The position numbers and the translations under genes were made by a program. Shown here piece after piece: positions 19,672-28,884 of a stretch of DNA of 64,000 bases. Where the stretch lies: contig OZ223209.1 in the NCBI GenBank assembly GCA_965140415.1, positions 320,001 to 384,000 of the forward strand, written 5' to 3'. Within the stretch, counting starts at the first letter, position 1. Each line of letters opens with the position of its first letter. The DNA comes from Myxococcota bacterium. GTDB lineage: Bacteria; Myxococcota_A; SURF-8. A model generated the notes under the pieces. It made no database searches and was not told the DNA's origin. It saw nothing but the letters and a program-made list of their open reading frames with translations.

Positions 19672-19841
19672 AGCGCATTCTGGCGTATCTAATCTGCCTG
19701 TTCGCCTTGCTGTTGCCCTGGCGGCTGCGGGTGGCCTTTGCCGGGTTATTGGGTTGGATTACCCAGGGGATTTACGGCCTGCTCTATGCCGTGATGCGCA
19801 TTCTGGTTAAAAACCTTCGTAACGACTCGGACAGCACATGA
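19668..19841 (+). CDS. 57-aa hydrophobic small protein (absent from the ORF track)
   Basis: GTG start overlaps the upstream TGA (GTGA) and its TGA overlaps the next ATG (ATGA); AAGGAG RBS; MKRILAYLICLFALLLPWRLRVAFAGLLGWITQGIYGLLYAVMRILVKNLRNDSDST. Confidence 0.8.
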   Translation: MKRILAYLICLFALLLPWRLRVAFAGLLGWITQGIYGLLYAVMRILVKNLRNDSDST

Positions 19842-20728
19842 CCAAAAGCCGTCAGATCGCCATTCTGTTTTCAGGCGGTACGGATTCGACTGCTGCCACA
19901 GCGCTGCTTGCCGAGCAATATGACCGGGTGCATCTGCTTTCCTATTTTCATTCCGGTTCGGCGCAGCCGAAAAACGCCGCCACCAACATTCCCAAGTTGG
20001 TCGAGTTGTACGGCGACAAGTTCGAGCATCACATTTTTTCCACCGACAAGTTATTTCGCCATTTCACCTACGAGCGCTATTTCAAAAACCTGCGCCGGTA
20101 CGGCTTGTTCAACCTGACGAGTTGCGGTTTCTGCAAACTGGCCATGCACGTGCGCACGCTGGTTTATTGCCTGGATCATGATATTATCGAAGTTGCAGAC
20201 GGTGCCAACCGGCACATGTCGCACTTTCCGGCACAGATGAAAGCCATGCTCGATCCGCTGCGTGAACTGTACGCCCATTTTCACATTTCGTTTGAAAATC
20301 CGGTGTTCGAATACGAGAACCCGCGTGAAATCGATTGGATACACAAGCTCGGCCTGGCGGATCTGGCGCAATCGTCCTCCAAAAAGAAGCTTGCTGAAAA
20401 AGAGGAAGCAGCTGAGGTTTCTGCAAAAACCACCGGCGATTTGCTACTGGAGCGCGGTATTCTTTCCAACGCGAATGTCAAAGGGACGGCGACCGACCGC
20501 AAGATGCAGGCGCGTTGCTTTCAACTGACGCTGCTAAACGCCTTTGCTTTAGGCTACTTCATTCCAACAAAGGGCATGGATGCCTACCAGCAGGGCATCT
20601 CGCGCTTTTATACGGAAAAGATTTCCGTGGCGGAAGAGTTGTTACAGGACTATCGGGAGCGAGGAAACGAAAGCCGTTTGGCCGGGCTAGTCGAGCGTAA
20701 TGATCTTGGGGAACATGATGCCTCGTAA
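19838..20728 (+). CDS. PP-loop (adenine nucleotide alpha hydrolase) ATPase, QueC-like fold
   Basis: ILFSGGTDS PP-loop, CGFCK CxxC, DGAN, later Cys in QARC. Confidence 0.8.
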   Translation: MTKSRQIAILFSGGTDSTAATALLAEQYDRVHLLSYFHSGSAQPKNAATNIPKLVELYGDKFEHHIFSTDKLFRHFTYERYFKNLRRYGLFNLTSCGFCKLAMHVRTLVYCLDHDIIEVADGANRHMSHFPAQMKAMLDPLRELYAHFHISFENPVFEYENPREIDWIHKLGLADLAQSSSKKKLAEKEEAAEVSAKTTGDLLLERGILSNANVKGTATDRKMQARCFQLTLLNAFALGYFIPTKGMDAYQQGISRFYTEKISVAEELLQDYRERGNESRLAGLVERNDLGEHDAS

Positions 20729-22004
20729 AACCTCGGCAGACACCACGATGTCCTATCCGGTTTTAGGAAAACTGCTGGCTTTGGGATTCGGCCTGTTTCT
20801 GCTGGTCGTACTGGAACTGGTTGCCAGACTCGCCCTGCCGGAAAGCCACCTGGATCGGATTCTGGATATTTTACAGCAGGACGCAACCCTCTTCTGGCGA
20901 CAGCGACCCGAATTGAATACGATGTTCGCCGGAACCGAAGTCACGACCAATGAAATCGGGCTGCGCATTGCACCTGACTCGAACGCATCGATTTTGAAGA
21001 AGCAGGCAGAAGTTCCGCGCATCGTCTGCATGGGCGCTTCGCCGACCTTCGGTTGGGGAGTTACGGAGAAACAAGCCTACAGCCGCCGGCTTGAACCGCT
21101 GCTTTCCGAAAAACTGGGGAAGCCGGTCGAAGTCATCAACGGCGGGATGATCGGGTATTCCTCGCTGCAAGGTGCGCGTTTTTTCGAGCGGGAAATCCTG
21201 CCATTGCAACCGGATTGGATCACGGTCTCCTACGTTATCAACGATGTGGACAAATACCGCTTTTTCCGCACGGATGGCCGCCCGGATCGTGAACTGAAAC
21301 CGCTGGATGAAACGGGCGTCTGGCTGCGGAATCTGCTGATGAAAAGTGCGTTTTATCGACTGTATGAGCGCAGCCTGCATGTGATGCTGCAACGGCGCGG
21401 ACAGTTGGACGGAAAACCGCTGCGGCTTTATCGCCCCGGCGAGGTGCGTGTACCACCGCAAGATTACGTAAGCAACCTGGCGACCTTTGCCGATCTCTGC
21501 AAGCAGCACCATATCGGCCTGCTGTTTGTTGCCATGCCCATCAATCTGCCTGTTGGAAAAAAGCTGTCGGCCAAAGAGCGACAACGAGCGTCGGAGTTTT
21601 TGCAGGAAGGTCTGCGCCTGGCGGCTGCCGATCGGTGCGAGCAGGCGTTAGAGCCTTTACAGAAAGCGGTTGAATTGAATCCCGACGCCAGCGAGGCGCA
21701 CTACCAGCTTGGTGTCTGCTATTCCGAACTGGGTAAGGAGCCGGAGGCGCGCGCGGCTTTCGACGCCGCCATGCTCAGCGAGGCTCATCGCTGTGGAGCG
21801 GATGGACTGCGCTACAACGACCTGCTACGCGAATTTGCCGGGCAACGACGCATTCCCCTGGCGGATGTCGCAAGCGTCTTTAGAAACGAACAGGAAGAAT
21901 TGTTTCTGGTGCAGGCCGGAGACCCGATTCACCCCAACGCCAAAGGCCACGCCATCATCGCCCGACTGTTGGCCGAGACGCTGTCGAACTTCATGACACG
22001 CTGA
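20715..22004 (+). CDS. Membrane-anchored SGNH/GDSL hydrolase with inserted TPR repeats
   Basis: N-terminal TM ending LELVAR, GAS-PTFG block I, NGG..GY, IND, DPIHP; TPR (AVELNPDASEAHYQLG). Confidence 0.85.
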   Translation: MMPRKTSADTTMSYPVLGKLLALGFGLFLLVVLELVARLALPESHLDRILDILQQDATLFWRQRPELNTMFAGTEVTTNEIGLRIAPDSNASILKKQAEVPRIVCMGASPTFGWGVTEKQAYSRRLEPLLSEKLGKPVEVINGGMIGYSSLQGARFFEREILPLQPDWITVSYVINDVDKYRFFRTDGRPDRELKPLDETGVWLRNLLMKSAFYRLYERSLHVMLQRRGQLDGKPLRLYRPGEVRVPPQDYVSNLATFADLCKQHHIGLLFVAMPINLPVGKKLSAKERQRASEFLQEGLRLAAADRCEQALEPLQKAVELNPDASEAHYQLGVCYSELGKEPEARAAFDAAMLSEAHRCGADGLRYNDLLREFAGQRRIPLADVASVFRNEQEELFLVQAGDPIHPNAKGHAIIARLLAETLSNFMTR

Positions 22005-22296
22005 GTGTTGGGGTTTTTCTACTCATCGCCGTCAATTTCCGTACAACCAATGCAATCCATGTCCAGCTATAAGTCAGGCAGATTTTACCCGACAAAAAAC
22101 ATATCGGACTACGACTGGGGTTGCTCAACCCATGATGATTTCACCTTGCTTAGAATTGGACAAAACCTGGTGAAAGGTGTAAGAATATAGGAACTTACGA
22201 AGCAGGCGGACGGATTCAATCGGTGGATGTTGTGGCAACAGTCCCAAGATACCTGGTGCGCCTGTGCATAGCCCGGAAATTCAAACGGAAACAACC

Positions 22297-24672
22297 ATGA
22301 ACCAGACTGAAAACAAACGTGCGATCCTGCTGCCGTTCGTGGTATTCATCACCATTTCCCTGGTCTTTCTGGGGATCTGGGTGTCCTCTCGGCAACAGCA
22401 AAAGAATGTTCGGGAAAACCGCACTGCCCAGATTGCCGAACAGGTAGCGATCCGGCTGGAAACCTATTTCGAAACTCGTTTCGATATTGTAGGCATGATG
22501 AAAGTCGAATGGGAGCAGGGCAGGCTTCATCAAAAAGATGAATTCCGCAAGCGCGCACTGTATATCCAGAAGCAATTCGAAGGGCTACTGGCCATCAACT
22601 GGATCGATCCCGAGGGGGTGATTCGCTGGGTGGTGCCGGAGGAAGAAAACCATTCCGCACTGAATCGTGATCTGAAACGCCATCCCGGTGGTGCCTCGAA
22701 AACATTCATGCTGGCTTATGAAAGCAGCCAATTTCAGGTTACGCCGCCCATCGATCTGTTGCAGGGCGGACGTGGTATTGCCGGGTATTTCCCTTTGTCT
22801 CTCCAAGGCAAACAGGACGGATACTTAAACGCTGTTTTCCGATTGAAACCTTTGGTGGAAAACTGCCTGTCGCGCGGTGTGTTGAAAAACTACGCCTTTG
22901 TTCTGCACGATGGTGCGCACAAGGTGTATCAGAACGGAACGGATGACGCTTTGGCCGGGAACATCATGCAATCCGCGCAAATGCTGACCGTCGGAAACCG
23001 GCAGTGGAGCCTGCAACTGATGCCCATGCCGGCGACTCTGGCTCGATACCAGACCAATATGCATCATTACTTTCTGGCCCTGGGTTTCGTGCTGGCTTTC
23101 GGGCTGGCCTATCTTACCCGGCGTCTGATTCTTCGCGAACAGGCCTTATCCGAAAGTGAGCATAAGTTCCGCGCGCTGGCCGACTCTACCAGCGCCGCGA
23201 TTTTCATTTCCTATGACGATCACTATATCTATGCCAACCCAGCGGCCATTCGCCACACCGGGTACAGTTTCGAAGAGCTTTGCAAGATGAACCCGGAACA
23301 GATCCTGCACCCGGATAGCATGGCCTACATCATGCGCTTGCGTGAACGGGCAAGGCGGTTGAATGAAGCAATACCTTCCCGGCTGGAGCTACGAGTGGTT
23401 ACGGCGGATGAAAGTGAACGTACCGTAGAGGTGACTTACGGAAGCTTCGAGCTTGGCGGAGTTCCTGCCGTGATTACCACCTCTTTCGACGTCACCGAGC
23501 GCAAACAGGCGGAACAGAAACTACGCGAGGAGGAGCATAAATACCGTACCATTTTCGAGACCAGCGGCAGCGCCATGGTGAGTCTGGATAAGGACGCCAT
23601 CATTTTACTGGCCAATAAGGAATTCGAGAAACTGAGCGGATACACCCGGAAGGAAATCGAAGGCACGAACCTCTGGTCGAAGCTGCTCGATGCGGAAAGT
23701 CTGCAAAAACTGGAGAAACTCCGCAAACTGGACGATCTGGACGAGAAACTGACGACACATAGCCAGGAAATGGTTCTGATTAACCGCAACGGGAAAACCA
23801 TCGATTGTCTCAGCCTGATCAACGTGGTTCCCGGTACCGATCAATGGGTCATGTCGTTTGTGGATATCAGCGAACGTAAACAGGCCGAATTGCAGATGCT
23901 GCGCGCGGAGAAAATGGCGGCTTTGGGGCAGATTATCGCCGGTGTCGCGCACGAGATCAATAACCCCAACAACTTTATCTATTTCAATCTTCCCATTCTC
24001 AAGCGCTATGTGGATGCCATCCGACCGATCCTCGATCGGGAGGCCGAGGAAGTAGAGCATCTGCGCATTTTGAACATGTCCTACCATGCCTTTTTGGAGG
24101 ATCTGTACAAGCTGATTGAAAACATGCAGGACGGCTCGGAGCGCATTACGGGAATCGTATCCGAATTGAAGAATTATATCCGCAGTCACGAAGCGCAGGA
24201 GAAAAAGCCGGAGCCGATTGCGGCGATGGTCGATCGTGTCATGATCCTGGTGGGCAAGCAGGTTCGGAAAATGGTCAAGCATATGGAAATCGAACTCGAT
24301 CCCGACCTGCCCAAGGTGCTGGTGCATTCGGGAAAAATCGAACAGGTGCTGATCAACCTGATCATCAATGCAGGCCAGGCGGCGAATAAAGCGGACAGTC
24401 GCGTGCGCGTGTCCGCCAATCGACACCCGCAAAACCGGAAAATCGTACAATTGCGTATACAGGACAACGGCTCGGGCATCGACAAAGAATTGCGCGAGAA
24501 GATCTTCGATCCCTTTTTTACCACCAAAAGCCGGGATTCAGGCACCGGACTGGGCCTGGCGATCAGTCAGCGTATCATCGAAGAACATGACGGTCGCCTC
24601 TTTCTCGACGAAACGGAAGCGGAAACGACCTTTATTATTGAACTTCCCATGGCAGAAAGCGAATACGCATGA
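22297..24672 (+). CDS. Sensor histidine kinase (CHASE-like periplasmic domain, two PAS, HisKA, HATPase)
   Basis: Two TMs, [13 protein letters not shown] repeats ending DVTERK/DISERK, AHEINNP, DNGSG, GTGLGL. Confidence 0.93.
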   Translation: MNQTENKRAILLPFVVFITISLVFLGIWVSSRQQQKNVRENRTAQIAEQVAIRLETYFETRFDIVGMMKVEWEQGRLHQKDEFRKRALYIQKQFEGLLAINWIDPEGVIRWVVPEEENHSALNRDLKRHPGGASKTFMLAYESSQFQVTPPIDLLQGGRGIAGYFPLSLQGKQDGYLNAVFRLKPLVENCLSRGVLKNYAFVLHDGAHKVYQNGTDDALAGNIMQSAQMLTVGNRQWSLQLMPMPATLARYQTNMHHYFLALGFVLAFGLAYLTRRLILREQALSESEHKFRALADSTSAAIFISYDDHYIYANPAAIRHTGYSFEELCKMNPEQILHPDSMAYIMRLRERARRLNEAIPSRLELRVVTADESERTVEVTYGSFELGGVPAVITTSFDVTERKQAEQKLREEEHKYRTIFETSGSAMVSLDKDAIILLANKEFEKLSGYTRKEIEGTNLWSKLLDAESLQKLEKLRKLDDLDEKLTTHSQEMVLINRNGKTIDCLSLINVVPGTDQWVMSFVDISERKQAELQMLRAEKMAALGQIIAGVAHEINNPNNFIYFNLPILKRYVDAIRPILDREAEEVEHLRILNMSYHAFLEDLYKLIENMQDGSERITGIVSELKNYIRSHEAQEKKPEPIAAMVDRVMILVGKQVRKMVKHMEIELDPDLPKVLVHSGKIEQVLINLIINAGQAANKADSRVRVSANRHPQNRKIVQLRIQDNGSGIDKELREKIFDPFFTTKSRDSGTGLGLAISQRIIEEHDGRLFLDETEAETTFIIELPMAESEYA

Positions 24673-26030
24673 GAGCGTCTGTGTTGATTGTAGATGACGA
24701 ACAGGCTTTTTTAGATAGTCTGGCGCGGATGCTGCGCATGGAAGGATACGAAAATCTCTGTATCCGTTCCGATTCGACCCAGGTTCCGCAACTCATTGAA
24801 AAGCAGCGTTTCGATGTGGCTTTTCTGGATGTAACCATGCCCGAGCTAGATGGCATGGACCTGTTGAAAATCATTAAAGAAAAACAACCCCAGACGGAAT
24901 GCATCATGTTGACGGCGCAGGACAGCATCCAGACCGTCATGCAGGCCACACGCTTGGGTGCTTATGATTATCTGATAAAACCGATTCTGCCGGAGCGGGT
25001 GATTCACAGCCTGGAAAAAGCACTGGAACATCGACGTTTACTGGAATCGCTGCGCATGCGTTCGGAAACCGCACAAGCGCAGACACTGAATCAACCTGAA
25101 GCCTTTCAAGCCATCGTGACCGGCAATTCGCGAATGCTGAAACTGCTGCACGAAGCGGAACTGCATGCCGCCAGCAGAATTCCGGTTCTGATTACCGGTG
25201 AAACCGGAGTCGGCAAGGAACTGTTGGCGCAGGCGGTGCATCGTTGCAGCCGGATGCGGCAGGGAGCCTTCGTTCCCGTAAATATGCTGGCGCTTTCGCC
25301 TACGTTATTCGAGTCGGAATTTTTCGGCCATGTCAAAGGTGCATTCACCGGCGCGGAGCGCAACAAAACGGGCTATCTTGCCTCTGCCGATCAGGGCAGC
25401 CTGTTCCTGGATGAAATCGGCGATTTGAGCCTGGAAATACAAGGCAAGCTGCTGCGTATTTTACAAGAGGGAGAATTCACTCCGGTCGGCAGCAGCCAAT
25501 CCCGACCGGCAAACGTCCGCTTCATCGCCGCGACCAATCAGAATCTGGAAGAACAGGTCCGCAAACAGCTTTTCCGCAAGGATCTGTTTTATCGACTTCA
25601 ATTCGCCCATTTGCATCTGCCTCCTTTGCGGGAGCGCCGCGACGATATTCCTCTTTTGTGCGCACACGCGCTGGAGCGGTTCGGCAAGGAAGACATGTGC
25701 CTTTCAGATGCCGCGCTACAGCGCTTGCAGCAGCACGACTGGCCCGGCAATGTGCGCGAATTGATGGGAATTCTGGAGGCGGCGGTCAACCTGGCCGAGC
25801 AGGGAGAAATTCTTCCATCTCACTTGCGGTTACCAAAATCTTCCAGCCCAAAACCTTTGCCTGCCAATCCGTTGGCAATGGATGAGCTGCAACCGCTGGA
25901 AGACATCGAACGGGAGCATATTCTACGTGTTTACAATGCGTTGGATCACAATAAAAGCCAAACTGCGCGCGCCTTGGGCATCGGTCTGCAAACCCTGCAT
26001 CGAAAACTGAAAAGTTACGAAGTTTCCTGA
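24669..26030 (+). CDS. Sigma54-dependent response regulator
   Basis: REC domain, GETGVGKE, GAFTGA, HTH; ATGA overlap with the kinase. Confidence 0.95.
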   Translation: MRASVLIVDDEQAFLDSLARMLRMEGYENLCIRSDSTQVPQLIEKQRFDVAFLDVTMPELDGMDLLKIIKEKQPQTECIMLTAQDSIQTVMQATRLGAYDYLIKPILPERVIHSLEKALEHRRLLESLRMRSETAQAQTLNQPEAFQAIVTGNSRMLKLLHEAELHAASRIPVLITGETGVGKELLAQAVHRCSRMRQGAFVPVNMLALSPTLFESEFFGHVKGAFTGAERNKTGYLASADQGSLFLDEIGDLSLEIQGKLLRILQEGEFTPVGSSQSRPANVRFIAATNQNLEEQVRKQLFRKDLFYRLQFAHLHLPPLRERRDDIPLLCAHALERFGKEDMCLSDAALQRLQQHDWPGNVRELMGILEAAVNLAEQGEILPSHLRLPKSSSPKPLPANPLAMDELQPLEDIEREHILRVYNALDHNKSQTARALGIGLQTLHRKLKSYEVS

Positions 26031-26069
26031 ATCCACCTGAATGGGAATTTGTCTGATTATTCTGGACTA

Positions 26070-26141
26070 TACCATTTTGGTACAATTCCAAAGTTCAGCT
26101 CTGATATTATGAACTTATCCTCGTGGTGTACCATTTTGAGA
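26070..26141. promoter_or_regulatory. Paired upstream activator sites
   Basis: TACCATTTTGGTA palindrome at 26070-26082 and TACCATTTTGAGA at 26129-26141. Confidence 0.55.
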
Positions 26142-26230
26142 TAGTTGAATCTCTCCGTAAGAACTAACCGTCTTTTGTTAAAATTTCGCAACAACATGAA
26201 AATACACAAGATTGTCTGCGACCAAAGAGT

Positions 26231-26245
26231 TGGTATGTGCCTTGC
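26231..26245 (+). promoter_or_regulatory. Sigma54 -24/-12 promoter
   Basis: TGGTAT-GTGCC-TTGC with exact GG-N10-GC spacing, 80 nt before the receiver gene. Confidence 0.7.
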
Positions 26246-26325
26246 AAATACTATTTGCGAAGTTAACATGGTTGGCGGAAAAAAGTATGTTTATTGAAAC
26301 GCAACAAACGGAAGTTTTTCATAAA

Positions 26326-26730
26326 ATGGCAGATAAGAAAATCACTGTACTGCTAGTGGATGACGAGCCAGTGCAGGTTGAGAGCATCTGTCGAGGCTTG
26401 TTCATGTATCAGTACGAGTGGCAAACCGCAAGTAATGCAAAAGATGCCATGGAAATCCTGCAAGGACCGCAAGGAGTGAATATCGATTTACTTTTAACGG
26501 ACTTGACGATGCCGGGTCGTAGCGGCCTGGAATTGATTCAGCAAGCACGCACGCTCTTTCCCTCGCTGAAAGTCATGATCATCAGCGGACTGGGACTGAC
26601 CCCGGCAATTTTGCAGGTAGCCGAGCAAGGCATTCCGATTCTAGAAAAACCTTTCAGCCCGGATAAGCTGGACCAGCGCATTCGCAACCTGGTTTTCTCT
26701 TCCGAGGCCATCACAGGAAAGGAACAATAA
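26326..26730 (+). CDS. Single-domain response regulator
   Basis: VLLVDDE, TDLTMPG, ISG, EKPF. Confidence 0.9.
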   Translation: MADKKITVLLVDDEPVQVESICRGLFMYQYEWQTASNAKDAMEILQGPQGVNIDLLLTDLTMPGRSGLELIQQARTLFPSLKVMIISGLGLTPAILQVAEQGIPILEKPFSPDKLDQRIRNLVFSSEAITGKEQ

Positions 26731-26805
26731 GAGTTTTCCCACCACAATTACCCAATCCCCAAGTAGTATTTCCCAAAGCCCCCATCCCCTATCCCCACTA
26801 TTTGT

Positions 26806-26831
26806 CCGGAGGAGGCGCAAGCCTCCTCCGG
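26806..26831. terminator. GC-rich hairpin between convergent genes
   Basis: CCGGAGGAGGC-GCAA-GCCTCCTCCGG, perfect 11-bp stem with GNRA loop, no clear T tract. Confidence 0.6.
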
Positions 26832-26862
26832 GAAGCCTACCTTTATGGGATAGCTATTAACG

Positions 26863-27792
26863 TTATTGCTGGTTGAACAAGGGAGTGGAAAGATAGCGCT
26901 CGCCGTTACTTGGAATGATAACGACGATCAGCTTGCCTTTCATGTCCGAGCGCTGCGCCAGCTTCAACGCGGCGGTGACGTTGGCTCCCGAACTGATGCC
27001 CGCCAGAATGCCCTCTTCCTTGGCCAGGCGCCGCGACATTTCGAAGGCTTCGTCATTGGTTACGGTAACGATTTCGTCCACCAGATCCATTTGCAGCACG
27101 TCCGGAACGAATCCTGCACCGATTCCTTGGATTTTGTGCGGTCCCGGCGTTCCGCCCGACAAAACGGGAGAATCCGTCGGTTCTACGGCAACAGCCAGCA
27201 AACCGGGTTTGCGTTCCTTCAATACCTGGCTCAATCCGGTAATCGTGCCGCCGGTACCCACTCCGGCTACAACGACATCCACCTGGCCATCGGTGTCTTC
27301 CCAGATTTCTTCGGCGGTAGTGAGGCGATGCGCTTCCGGGTTGGCGGGATTCGCGAATTGCTGCGGCATGAAATACTTTCCGGGATCTTTGGCTGCAATC
27401 TCCTCGGCTTTGGCAATCGCGCCCTTCATGCCTTCGCCACCCGGTGTCAGGATGATTTCCGCCCCATAGGCCTTGAGCAGTAAGCGTCGTTCCTGGGACA
27501 TCGTCTCGGGCATGGTAAGAATGCAACTGTAGCCCTTGGCGGCGGCAACGAAGGCCAGTGCGATACCGGTGTTTCCAGAAGTCGGTTCGACGATGGTCAT
27601 CCCGGCTTGCAGGCGACCATCGGCTTCTGCGGCGGCAATCATGTTGCTGCCGATACGATCCTTTACACTGCCTGCCGGATTGTAATATTCCAGTTTAGCC
27701 ACGATTTTGGCTCCGGCATTATAGGTGATCCGATTCAGTTTCACCAGCGGCGTATGGCCGACTAACTCCACGACATTGTCATATATTTTCAT
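26863..27792 (-). CDS. cysK: Cysteine synthase A
   Basis: [37 protein letters not shown]. Confidence 0.97.
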   Translation of the reverse strand: MKIYDNVVELVGHTPLVKLNRITYNAGAKIVAKLEYYNPAGSVKDRIGSNMIAAAEADGRLQAGMTIVEPTSGNTGIALAFVAAAKGYSCILTMPETMSQERRLLLKAYGAEIILTPGGEGMKGAIAKAEEIAAKDPGKYFMPQQFANPANPEAHRLTTAEEIWEDTDGQVDVVVAGVGTGGTITGLSQVLKERKPGLLAVAVEPTDSPVLSGGTPGPHKIQGIGAGFVPDVLQMDLVDEIVTVTNDEAFEMSRRLAKEEGILAGISSGANVTAALKLAQRSDMKGKLIVVIIPSNGERYLSTPLFNQQ

Positions 27793-27869
27793 AACGGTTC
27801 CTCTTTGTTTGACTGTGGTTGCTTTTCCCACATGCAAATCGTAGCGATACGATTCAAGACAGTTTTCAC

Positions 27870-28319
27870 TTAGATGTAATACATGTTTTCCTGGCTGTTT
27901 TGAGCGTGTAGCTCAAGCTGTCGATTGGCTACATCGGCCAAGCTGCGATTTTCGAGAATGTTGCTGATGGCGTCGTGAACTTCGTCCCACAATTCATGTG
28001 TCGCGCAGCGCCGCACAAGACGACAGGGATGGTTGTCATGGCTACACTCCACCGGGGCAAGCGACCCTTCCAGTGCCTGCAAAATGGTGGAAATATAAAC
28101 TTCCTCCGGAGGGTTGCTCAATCGATAGCCGCCACGCGCACCACGCACACCCAGCACCAATCCGGCAGCCCGTAGCGGTGTTACCAATTGTTCCAGATAC
28201 TTAAGCGATACCATTTGCCGACGGGCGACATCTTTAAGCAGCACCGAACCTTCGTTGTAATGAATTGCCAGATCCACCATAGCACGTAGACCGTATCGAC
28301 CGCGAGTTGAGAGCTTCAT
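27870..28319 (-). CDS. Rrf2 family regulator (IscR/CymR-like)
   Basis: [23 protein letters not shown]-x6-C-x5-C-x2-H. Confidence 0.93.
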   Translation of the reverse strand: MKLSTRGRYGLRAMVDLAIHYNEGSVLLKDVARRQMVSLKYLEQLVTPLRAAGLVLGVRGARGGYRLSNPPEEVYISTILQALEGSLAPVECSHDNHPCRLVRRCATHELWDEVHDAISNILENRSLADVANRQLELHAQNSQENMYYI

Positions 28320-28376
28320 GTTTCCGCCTCCGAAGATGAATTCCTATTATTCATATCAGATAACCAATGAGACGAA

Positions 28377-28405
28377 AAGGTATCTTGTATTATTCCCACT
28401 GTCAA
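28377..28405 (-). promoter_or_regulatory. Sigma70 promoter of Rrf2-cysK
   Basis: TTGACA-N17-TACCTT on the minus strand. Confidence 0.6.
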
Positions 28406-28676
28406 CCAAATAATACGATTATTATTAAATAATAGTATGAAATAAATATGTGTTGTTATTACATCGGAATATCAGAATTTGACAACATGTCAGTATTCCT
28501 TGGTGTTTTCATATAGCTATCTGAATGTAGCCGGAATATAGGTATCTGATATTCGGGATACCCTTTTGTTGTCTCTATCGTATCGTAAAACCCACCGTAT
28601 CGCTAGGTGAAGCACGGGTGCTGGTTAGGCCGATCCAACGAAGCGCATCACAAATAGTACGATTGCTTTTGAAAGC

Positions 28677-28763
28677 GGGTGCCAGGGGCAAAGCGAAGAG
28701 AAACGAAGCTTGCCCATGTGGCTTTCGAACACGGGCAAGCCTGCGGCTTGGCCCGCGCTACCC
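28677..28763. repeat. REPIN-like family A, copy 2
   Basis: Inner hairpin GCTTGCCC...GGGCAAGC, outer GGGT...ACCC ends; 61/68 identical to copy 1. Confidence 0.85.
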
Positions 28764-28818
28764 AAAGTTAAGAAGCGGTTGAAAGATTTTGTACTGCACC
28801 CCAGACCGCAGGTTGTGC

Positions 28819-28846
28819 TTGCGTTGATGACACACTGTGTTAAAAT
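28819..28846 (+). promoter_or_regulatory. Extended -10 promoter overlapped by a near-palindrome
   Basis: TTGCGT-N16-TAAAAT with TGn; TGACACA-C-TGTGTTA at 28828-28842. Confidence 0.4.
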
Positions 28847-28884
28847 CGGCATTGGATTGAATTGAAACAGGATGCGAGGCGGGT

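Noticed and set aside
19838-20728. Assigning the symbol queC
   Set aside because: The PP-loop is shared, but QueC motifs (YGQ, VPxRN, YPDC) and other que genes are absent
22005-22296. Short ORFs in the gap before the sensor kinase
   Set aside because: No RBS, motif or coupling evidence
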